DNA from: a virus
Lineage: Duplodnaviria > Heunggongvirae > Uroviricota > Caudoviricetes > Schitoviridae
Strand: one strand, 5' to 3'
DNA: 13,768 nt
Virus record (IMG/VR): IMGVR_UViG_3300047463_000135
Coordinates: 64,001-77,768 of that record
Shown: positions 1 through 7,121 of the stretch, piece by piece
Layout: the number at the start of each line of letters is the position of its first letter
Numbering within the stretch: the stretch's first letter is position 1
Made by a program: the position numbers and the translations under genes
Notes under the pieces: model-generated
The model's input: the letters and a program-made list of their open reading frames with translations, nothing else
What the model was told of the DNA's origin: nothing
Database searches by the model: none

Positions 1-2232
1 AGGAGATTCACCAATACGTACACCAATAGAGATAGGAGGTTCAAACATTAATAATGGACCATGTTGGCCTAATCCTAGTTCCTTGGCTTTACGTTGTAGA
101 TCAGCTTCTTCTTCTGATAAGTCAGCCATCAATGAATTGAATTCTTTAATAGCAGCTTGAGTCTGTAAAGCATAGCCTTGAGATGAAGCTGAGAATGCTT
201 GGGAAGATATCTGTAATATCTGAATACTAGATACACCACCAATACCTGTAGTCTTTGTTAATGCTGTAAAGCCACCATAGATAAGAGCTACTACTGCTAC
301 GATAGCAGCAGCTGCACCTACATCTACACCAAGCTTAACTAAAAGCTTTACAGCTACTTGTATTAATAAACCAATCACCACAGCTTGTACTACAGCATAA
401 GCTGCTGCCATCCATGTCCATGCTGCTACACCTGCAGGAGGGAAGAAGTAAGATACTACTACAGCAATAATAAACATAATGGCTTTAAATAGACCTGTCT
501 GATACCACTTGGTTTTAACTACCTGCAGTGTATTCAAAACAATGTACATAGCTTTGGTATATAGTTCTTCTAGCTGTCTCATAGTGAAACCATGATCAAT
601 AGATAGATCAATAGGTAATAGGAGTTCTTCACTATCACCAGATGCAGTTGTGTAGTTACCACCTTCTACTACTTCTACTACTGATAAACCATAAACTAAA
701 TATTCTCTATAAGTAGAGTCAGTTAATTGCTTACGGTAGTAATGCATGGTTACTCTTGAGAGTGGTCTAAACTTAGACGTAGAACCTTGTCTACCTAATT
801 GTACAGTTTGATATTCCATACCACTCTGGGTAGTACCTATAGGACCAATAGAACCACGTACATCGTTATAAGCTAAAGCATCAAAGCTAACACGTTGTGT
901 ATATCCTTTATCGCTAATCTCGTATGATTGTCCTTGTCTAGAACCACTAGCAATATAGTCAGCCTTAAGATCACCAAAGTTAGATGATGCTGTTGTATGC
1001 GGTAGCTTTCCATAGATGGTTTCAAAGTAACTAAATAGATAATCCTGGATTAACTTATCTTGAGTATTAGCGGGTAGTGAATAGGTCATATAGATTTGAG
1101 TAACACTATCTAATGAACCTACTGATTTATGTACTTCATCTACCCAGTTTTTCCAGTTCATACCCATATGTCTACAGATACCAACCATAGAGTTGTATTG
1201 CTCAGTATCTTTGAACTCATCATCATTTAGTTTACGTCCACCTAATCGAGCATAGATACGAGGAATATGTTCACCAAACTTATCACCATACTTAAATAGA
1301 TTATCTAATTTAGTATTTAAACCAGAACCATATAAGTAAATGAATGTCTCTTTATGAGATACACCATTATGCATATATTCATAATTAGCTTGATAGAAGT
1401 CTGAACCATCTAATGATTTAGGTTGTATTGGTGCTACAGCATCAGGATCAATATTGTCTGTATCACTATCATCTAAACCATCTGTAGGAGGTTTAGAGCT
1501 TGATTCAAATGATAGATAGTTAATATCAATGGTATAAGTTTGTTTAGCTCCTGCAGCATCTGCATACACTACAGTGACACGTGCAATGTCATGATCTGAA
1601 CTACCATTATTAATCCAAGGTACTTGTACAGCTTTAGGGTTAGCTTTTCTGAATGGTGTATATCCTGCTTCTGCAGACTCACCATATTGCATCAATGTAT
1701 CAGGATCAATTAAAGCAGCATTAGTATATTGGCTATAAATGATCTGAGCTGATTCCATATAACAAGGAAAACCAATACGTCTAGATTCTTCTACTAACTC
1801 ATTAGTGTCGTAGTTATATCCATACTTATTCTGGAGTATAGGGCGTAGGAAATAGAAGTTATTCATAGGACCAAAGTAAGCATCTTTAACTATTACACCT
1901 TCTGGATACATAGTATTAAGTACTTCTGTCACTGCTTCTTTAATGTCTACCTTATCACCTTGAATCATAGATGATTCAGGTAAGCCATAGTAATACGTTG
2001 GTTTCTTTGCATATGAACGAGCCTTACGTGCACGAGCTACAATATTATTAGTGGTAGCTCTGAGTAAGTAATCCGGTAATGACTCAGTAGATAAGCGTGT
2101 AGAAGATGATGCTTGAGACATTGTATAGTCTAATACAGCCATCTTATTTGATGGGACAAAGTCCTCATCTGCTACCATCCTAGATACCGAAGTATTTACA
2201 ATGGTTTTCTTCTTTGTCTTAAACAATCCCAT
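1..2232 (-). CDS. N4 gp53-like virion protein, 3'-truncated by the window edge (>=744 aa), with a C-terminal hydrophobic/transmembrane cluster
   Basis: Manual translation: ATG at 2232 (MGLFKTKKKTIVNTSVSRM...), AGGA SD 7 nt upstream, no in-frame stop down to position 1. It lies immediately downstream of the gp54-like gene, matching N4 gene order. Hydrophobic stretch at aa ~584-658 (AIMFIIAVVVSYFF...AAAAIVAVVALIYGGFTAL). Confidence 0.85.
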   Translation of the reverse strand, partial: MGLFKTKKKTIVNTSVSRMVADEDFVPSNKMAVLDYTMSQASSSTRLSTESLPDYLLRATTNNIVARARKARSYAKKPTYYYGLPESSMIQGDKVDIKEAVTEVLNTMYPEGVIVKDAYFGPMNNFYFLRPILQNKYGYNYDTNELVEESRRIGFPCYMESAQIIYSQYTNAALIDPDTLMQYGESAEAGYTPFRKANPKAVQVPWINNGSSDHDIARVTVVYADAAGAKQTYTIDINYLSFESSSKPPTDGLDDSDTDNIDPDAVAPIQPKSLDGSDFYQANYEYMHNGVSHKETFIYLYGSGLNTKLDNLFKYGDKFGEHIPRIYARLGGRKLNDDEFKDTEQYNSMVGICRHMGMNWKNWVDEVHKSVGSLDSVTQIYMTYSLPANTQDKLIQDYLFSYFETIYGKLPHTTASSNFGDLKADYIASGSRQGQSYEISDKGYTQRVSFDALAYNDVRGSIGPIGTTQSGMEYQTVQLGRQGSTSKFRPLSRVTMHYYRKQLTDSTYREYLVYGLSVVEVVEGGNYTTASGDSEELLLPIDLSIDHGFTMRQLEELYTKAMYIVLNTLQVVKTKWYQTGLFKAIMFIIAVVVSYFFPPAGVAAWTWMAAAYAVVQAVVIGLLIQVAVKLLVKLGVDVGAAAAIVAVVALIYGGFTALTKTTGIGGVSSIQILQISSQAFSASSQGYALQTQAAIKEFNSLMADLSEEEADLQRKAKELGLGQHGPLLMFEPPISIGVRIGESP

Positions 2233-2243
2233 AATATAATCCT

Positions 2244-2270
2244 AAAAAGAAAGGGAGCAATTAGCTCCCT
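2244..2270 (-). terminator. Intrinsic terminator-like hairpin downstream of the gp54-like gene
   Basis: Minus strand reads AGGGAGC-TAATT-GCTCCCT (7-bp stem, 2252-2270) followed by TTCTTTTT. Confidence 0.75.
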
Positions 2271-2287
2271 ATTCTACATCACTTATT

Positions 2288-3730
2288 TTAGCCTGAGGTG
2301 TTAGGTGTTAAACCTGCATCAGTCATCATACCTTTTACTACCACACCAATATTGGCATCGTGTAATTGGTTAGTAATGTTTGCTTCTGTACCATCATCTG
2401 AGTTACGACGTACGTTCCAAGTATCAACAAGAATCTTGGTAGCCTTCTGTAACTTATCTGATTTATAACCATCAGCTTGAGCCATAAGTACTGCAACGTT
2501 AGCACCAAGCACTGAACCAGGTTTAGCAACATCACCTTCTGTCTGAGCTTTCTCAGTTTTAACTTTCTGAGTATATAACTCAGCTTGAGCTTGTTGAGAT
2601 AACACAGCTGCTTTCTGAACTTCTAACTCTTGTTTCTTAACATCAAGTTCAGCTTGAGATAATAACAATTGTTTTTCTTGAAGTTCTAATTGACCTTGTT
2701 TCAACTCAATGTCTTTCTCAGCAATGAGTGTTTGCTTAGTCATATTAGCAATACGAGCTTGAATCTCTTCAATGTCGTAAGGGTAACGTTTAGTCTGTTC
2801 AATTACTTGTTGTGTTTGTGCATCAGTCATTAGAGCTTGCTTAGCTAGGTTCTCACCTTGCTTAGTTAAGTTCTGTACTTCAACTGGTAAACGAGTACTA
2901 GTCTCTGCAGTGATCTGATCTTTCTGTGCAGTGCTTAATGCAATAGATGCATCAGCTTGTAGAACTTGTTTCTCTAAGATAGCAATCTCTTTTGGAACCT
3001 TAGTGTTGTTAAGTTCAATAGATTCAATCTGAGCTAAGACTAAATCATTCTGTGATTTCTGGTTTACAACTTGTTGTTCCAAGATAGCTACTTCTAAAGG
3101 AATTTTAGCCATCTCTTGAGTTAACTGATCCACACGTTTATTAGTAAGAATAGTCTCACCAGACACCTGTGCAGTTTGAGCAGTAAGTAAATCACCTTGT
3201 AGTGGGATCAATGTAAGTTCTTCGCGTACACGATCTTTATTCACATCACTCAATGCAGTATTAGCTTTGATATTTTCAATCTCAGCAGGAAGCTTAGTTG
3301 TTGTCTCAGCTACCACATGATTTTTGTTAGCTACAGCTAGATCAGTAGATGCTTTAATGTTATCAATTTCAGCAGGTAGTTTAAGATCAGTCTCTTGCTT
3401 AACTTGGTTTGCTTGAGCTTCTGTTAATTTAACTTGAGCATCAATTAAGTTACCTTGTTTGGTTTCGTTCTCAATACGAATACCTAAGAGCTTAGATTCA
3501 TTTAAATACTGAACCGAAGTAGATAGAACTGCCTGCATCGCACCTAAATATACTTGAGCATATTCTTGTCCACGAATACGACCTTTATCATATTCTTCTT
3601 TAATGTGGACTGCAGATGCAGACATGAGTACATCAAACACACCTGTACCACCAATCTGCTTAGTAGTCAGCTCATCTATATTAAGCTGTTCTAACTGAGC
3701 TGTTTTGATATCAATATTGGTAGAGGCCAT
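2288..3730 (-). CDS. N4 gp54-like structural protein (probable tail tube), long coiled-coil form, 480 aa
   Basis: Position two genes downstream of MCP. N-terminus (GTGVFDVLM...EEYDKGRIRGQEYAQVYLGAMQAVL) and C-terminus (LYTQKVKTEKAQT...QADGYKSD...ILVDTWNVRR) resemble recalled N4 gp54-family motifs. Strong TAAGGAG SD. Q/E/K/L-rich helical middle. Confidence 0.75.
   Translation of the reverse strand: MASTNIDIKTAQLEQLNIDELTTKQIGGTGVFDVLMSASAVHIKEEYDKGRIRGQEYAQVYLGAMQAVLSTSVQYLNESKLLGIRIENETKQGNLIDAQVKLTEAQANQVKQETDLKLPAEIDNIKASTDLAVANKNHVVAETTTKLPAEIENIKANTALSDVNKDRVREELTLIPLQGDLLTAQTAQVSGETILTNKRVDQLTQEMAKIPLEVAILEQQVVNQKSQNDLVLAQIESIELNNTKVPKEIAILEKQVLQADASIALSTAQKDQITAETSTRLPVEVQNLTKQGENLAKQALMTDAQTQQVIEQTKRYPYDIEEIQARIANMTKQTLIAEKDIELKQGQLELQEKQLLLSQAELDVKKQELEVQKAAVLSQQAQAELYTQKVKTEKAQTEGDVAKPGSVLGANVAVLMAQADGYKSDKLQKATKILVDTWNVRRNSDDGTEANITNQLHDANIGVVVKGMMTDAGLTPNTSG
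2741..3397 (-). repeat. Proline-punctuated internal protein repeats in the gp54-like gene
   Basis: Motifs LPAEI, LPAEI, IPLQG, IPLEV, VPKEI, LPVEV, YPYDI with Pro at aa 119, 148, 176, 211, 246, 282, 317 (spacings 29, 28, 35, 35, 36, 35). Confidence 0.75.
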
Positions 3731-3741
3731 TCAACTACTCC

Positions 3742-4323
3742 TTATTCTTCTGTAGCACCAGCACGTAACTGAGCAGTAGCCAACGCATCTAATTCTTTCT
3801 GAGTTAGTGGTGGCAATTCAGTAATGCTATATGCAGGTACATAACGTACTGTGCTTGAATCAACACCATGTGGGCCAGTCTTTTTAATAAACTGTTGGAA
3901 CTTCTTCTCACGCAATGCATTAAGAATAATTTGTTCTACATGCCACTCAATACCAAACGGTACTAAACGAGTTACTGTACCAACTACTGAGTTACCTGCA
4001 GAGATGAGTTCTGATTCAAGGTTAGTTGCTTTGGTTTGATCAATAGGTGTAACGATTACACGTACTAACTTATGTGCAGCTTTAACAAGGGACTCTGTGT
4101 CCGGAGCTTCTGCTGTTGGTGTATTAGGCACATCAGTCGCAGGAGTGTGTGTACTTTCACCAACACCTGTACCTTCCATCTTTTCACTAATTGCTTTTTG
4201 AAGTGTAGCGATAGATACATTTGACTTGTAAGTAATACCGAGCAAGTCAGCTTTCTTCTTAAGAGATTGGATTGCTTGATCAAGTTCTGGTGAAGCGTTT
4301 GGAGTGTTTTGAACATCAGACAT
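3742..4323 (-). CDS. N4 gp55-like conserved protein, 193 aa
   Basis: Directly downstream of MCP. N-terminal LKKKADLLGITYKSNVSIATLQKAI motif and C-terminal ELPPLTQKELDALA motif resemble the recalled gp55 family. AAAGGA SD. Confidence 0.75.
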   Translation of the reverse strand: MSDVQNTPNASPELDQAIQSLKKKADLLGITYKSNVSIATLQKAISEKMEGTGVGESTHTPATDVPNTPTAEAPDTESLVKAAHKLVRVIVTPIDQTKATNLESELISAGNSVVGTVTRLVPFGIEWHVEQIILNALREKKFQQFIKKTGPHGVDSSTVRYVPAYSITELPPLTQKELDALATAQLRAGATEE

Positions 4324-4359
4324 AGTATTTCCTTTAGGGATTAAATCAGTTTTGTAATG

Positions 4360-4386
4360 TGAGGAAAGGGAAGCCTTAGCTTCCCT
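4360..4386 (-). terminator. Terminator/attenuator hairpin after the major capsid gene
   Basis: Minus strand reads AGGGAAGC-TAAG-GCTTCCCT (8-bp stem, 4367-4386) followed by a weak U tract (TTCCTC), just after the MCP tandem TAA TAA stops. Confidence 0.65.
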
Positions 4387-4395
4387 CTTTGGTTA

Positions 4396-5556
4396 TTAGA
4401 CTAACGCAGCAGTCTTAATCAATGCAATACGTTCTGGGCGAATAACCATGAAGCCGTACCACCATTGGATAGACATGAATCCAATCTTACCATATGGGTT
4501 ATGAAGACCAGCATTTTCAGATGGTTTCTTATGGATGATCTTATACTTCACAGACTTGGCATCTGATTGGAAGCCAATAGTTGTGAATGATTCAGAACCA
4601 ACAACTAACATTGGGTAAACGTTAGCTTTACCATTAGACGTATGGATACCGTCATTAGGAGTAGCTGCTGCACCTGCTGCTGTCCAGTTCATCATTTCAG
4701 GAACTACGATGATACGGAATTCGTCAATAGAACCAATTTCACCACGTAAAGGAGTTGTACCTGCTGCATAGTGCTGTACACCAACAAAAGCTTTTTCATC
4801 GAAGAAGTCTTTCATTTTACGAAGAGTGTTTTTAAGTTCAGAACCAATGTACATCAAGCGAGCTGCATTGATAGTTTTAGTATCAATCTTCACAGAACCA
4901 GTATTGATCTTCGTATCTTTAGGAGTACGGTTATTGTCCAAGTCAGTAGTTAAGTTAACTAAGTCTTGGAAAGTAACGATAGATGTTTTACCGATTTCAG
5001 CTGCAGAAGTAGCAGTACCTGCATACTTGATAATACCTGCGTTGTTTAACAAGTCAGCTTGAATAAGTGCTTCTGAGATTTGAGATGCACCAGTTAACAT
5101 TTCACGGTTAATGTGAGTCATTAACTGTTCATCAGTATCGAAGTCCATAGAGTCTTCTGAATACTCAGTGAAGTAACCATAGTTCTGGAATGTACCTTCA
5201 AGAGTTTTACGTACGAAGCCTACACGGTTAACACGACCACCAGACTCAGATAATACTGGCATTTTGTCAGTGATCTTACCGATGTCTTTACTTGAACCAT
5301 ACAAGTTACCATCAGCAATTACCGCACCAGTTGCATCAATACCTTGGTCATTCTTGTTGCGGTCATCAAGTAACGGCACATAGATATAACGTTTAATACG
5401 TTGACCATAATGCTTCGGCATATCAACAGTTGAAGCGAGTTGTGTGAAGTACTGTTCCTTCGCTACTTCTGTGATTGCATCACGAGCATAGTAGAAGTCT
5501 TGAAGTTGAGTACCAACGGTAGAAGTATTTCCACCTTCGTTATAGAAGTGTGCCAT
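4396..5556 (-). CDS. Major capsid protein (N4 gp56 family), 386 aa
   Basis: Contains motifs recalled from N4 MCP: KEQYF, MPKHYG, YVPLLDDRN.NDQGIDA, GNLYGSSKDIG, GGRVNRVGF, VYPMLVVG, PERIALIKT. Confidence 0.95.
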   Translation of the reverse strand: MAHFYNEGGNTSTVGTQLQDFYYARDAITEVAKEQYFTQLASTVDMPKHYGQRIKRYIYVPLLDDRNKNDQGIDATGAVIADGNLYGSSKDIGKITDKMPVLSESGGRVNRVGFVRKTLEGTFQNYGYFTEYSEDSMDFDTDEQLMTHINREMLTGASQISEALIQADLLNNAGIIKYAGTATSAAEIGKTSIVTFQDLVNLTTDLDNNRTPKDTKINTGSVKIDTKTINAARLMYIGSELKNTLRKMKDFFDEKAFVGVQHYAAGTTPLRGEIGSIDEFRIIVVPEMMNWTAAGAAATPNDGIHTSNGKANVYPMLVVGSESFTTIGFQSDAKSVKYKIIHKKPSENAGLHNPYGKIGFMSIQWWYGFMVIRPERIALIKTAALV

Positions 5557-5559
5557 AGG

Positions 5560-6759
5560 TTAATTTCCTTGCTTTAAATCTTTAGGGTTAAGAGCAGCAA
5601 ACTCTTCATCTGACATTTCCCAAATATCCTTAGGAGTTGGTAACGGTTTATGTGTAGATGATGCAGTGCTTGTAACGCTTGCTGCAGCTTGTCGTGCTGT
5701 ATTATTAACTGTATTTGTTTTGGTTGCAACAGGAACTGGAACAGGTTGTGGAGCTACAGCAGTAGGTGTAACTGCTTGAGGTACAACTTGTTGTTGCTGC
5801 GGCTGACCAAAGAGTTGTTGTCCGATAGCTTCATAAGCTTGTAGGAAGGACATTCCACGTGTACGTCCTAATGATTGAGCTACATCATATTGAGCAACAA
5901 TCTTGTCAAAATAACCATGTGCTATGTGATCAGTTAATGTACGCATAACATCAGGGTTTTCAAAGATATGCTTCTTAGTAGCTTCATCGAAGTTACCCAT
6001 GTGCTGAACCAATGTACCAAAGTTAGGGTTGCTCTCTAACTCTTGAGCTACCAATTCAAAGTTAATGGTTGCATCATTTACGTTAGGTACAGTAGGAACA
6101 TAGCTCTTAGCTTGTTCTTCAAACTCATAAGTATCTAAACCAGAATCTTGTACCAACTTAGCAATTGCTTCTGGCTTCTTAGCATGAAGGTCTAACAGAT
6201 GACCTAGTTGGTCTACTGAACTAATACCTGCATCATTGAGTGCTTTAACTAACTTTAAGTTAGGCTTCATTGCTGCCATCTTCTGATGGTAGTTAAGGCC
6301 CATCTGCATTAGTCGAGTTACGTCTTCTGCACTTTCAATCTTGTAAGATTTACCATTAGCATTAAATTCAGCAGTGACTTTATCAAAGAAAGCTTTCTCA
6401 GGTGTAACCTCTGCAGATGATTCATCTGTTGATTTCTCTTGAGTTGTTTGCTGTGTTGTTGCTGTTGGATTTGGTGTTGCTGCAGCTTCGTCAGTTACCT
6501 CCACTCCGGTATCAGCTGCTTGGGTATGCTCCGCTTCGCTCGCATTCCCATTTGCTGTACCTTCGCTCGGTACTTCCTCAGTAGTAGGTGTAGGTTCTTG
6601 TTCTACTACTGGTTCAGGTTCTTGAGTTACTTCTTGCTGAACTTCTTCTGCAGGTTCACTAACAGGAGTGTTCGGAATCTTGCTAACATCTAGTTGGCTA
6701 AATTCTTCATCAGACATGTTGGCGATTGCCTCAGGTGTCAAAGTTGCATAATCAATCAT
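5560..6759 (-). CDS. N4 gp57-like protein (often annotated 'tape measure'; likely capsid scaffold), 399 aa
   Basis: Immediately upstream of MCP. Acidic low-complexity N-terminal third, conserved core (FNANGK...LMQMGLNYHQKMAAMKP) and C-terminal MSDEEF motif. Start overlaps the upstream stop (TAATG). Confidence 0.8.
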   Translation of the reverse strand: MIDYATLTPEAIANMSDEEFSQLDVSKIPNTPVSEPAEEVQQEVTQEPEPVVEQEPTPTTEEVPSEGTANGNASEAEHTQAADTGVEVTDEAAATPNPTATTQQTTQEKSTDESSAEVTPEKAFFDKVTAEFNANGKSYKIESAEDVTRLMQMGLNYHQKMAAMKPNLKLVKALNDAGISSVDQLGHLLDLHAKKPEAIAKLVQDSGLDTYEFEEQAKSYVPTVPNVNDATINFELVAQELESNPNFGTLVQHMGNFDEATKKHIFENPDVMRTLTDHIAHGYFDKIVAQYDVAQSLGRTRGMSFLQAYEAIGQQLFGQPQQQQVVPQAVTPTAVAPQPVPVPVATKTNTVNNTARQAAASVTSTASSTHKPLPTPKDIWEMSDEEFAALNPKDLKQGN

Positions 6760-7076
6760 TAGTGAGTCCTTGTTTCTTCATCACGGAGAGCAATTGCTTC
6801 ATTGATTCGAATATCAATTGAAGATAGCTCATCGGTTAAGTTTTGAAGGTATGTCTTAAACAGTGCTACGGCATCGAGTTGTCTATTAATACTTTCATTA
6901 ATTAAAGGGTCTAAAGGTAGTTGGCCTTTATACATAACCAACTCTAAGGGATGCTTCTCAAGATAATACTCATTGATAACTTTCTTGAAGTCCGAGTTGA
7001 TAGATAGTCTTTCCAGTGCTACCAACATTTCCTTCCGTTTACGAAGGTCATAAATTTGTTGATCTAAAATGTTCAT
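6759..7076 (-). CDS. N4 gp58-like small helical protein, 105 aa
   Basis: Between portal and scaffold as in N4. ALERLSINSDFKKVI..YYL motif. AGGA SD 7 nt upstream. Confidence 0.75.
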   Translation of the reverse strand: MNILDQQIYDLRKRKEMLVALERLSINSDFKKVINEYYLEKHPLELVMYKGQLPLDPLINESINRQLDAVALFKTYLQNLTDELSSIDIRINEAIALRDEETRTH

Positions 7077-7087
7077 CTCTCATTCCT

Positions 7088-7113
7088 AAAGTAAAGGGGA
7101 AGTTTCCTTCCCC
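7088..7113 (-). terminator. Hairpin after the portal gene (terminator or 5' stabilising stem-loop)
   Basis: Minus strand reads GGGGAAG-GAAA-CTTCCCC (7-bp stem, GNRA loop, 7096-7113) followed by TTTACTTT. Confidence 0.7.
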
Positions 7114-7121
7114 AGTTGTCG

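Noticed and set aside
1441-1485. Acidic DGLDDSDTDNIDPD stretch in the gp53-like protein, resembling a Ca2+-binding loop
   Set aside because: Does not fit a canonical EF-hand spacing convincingly; it may be just an acidic linker.
2297-2310. GGTGTTA x2 tandem at the 3' end of the gp54-like gene
   Set aside because: Only two copies within coding sequence; compatible with chance.
2338-2535. 65-aa minus-strand ORF in the track
   Set aside because: Alternative frame nested within the gp54-like gene; no SD or recognisable features.
3851-4316. 62-aa (+) and 83-aa (-) ORFs overlapping the gp55-like gene
   Set aside because: Shadow frames of a well-supported conserved gene.
4771-5062. 60-aa and 78-aa plus-strand ORFs
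   Set aside because: Antisense to MCP, as expected from the codon bias of the real gene.
6439-6693. Cys-rich 84-aa plus-strand ORF
   Set aside because: The Cys and Trp content is the antisense reading of ACA/GCA/CCA codons in the scaffold's T/A/P-rich linker, not a real metal-binding protein.
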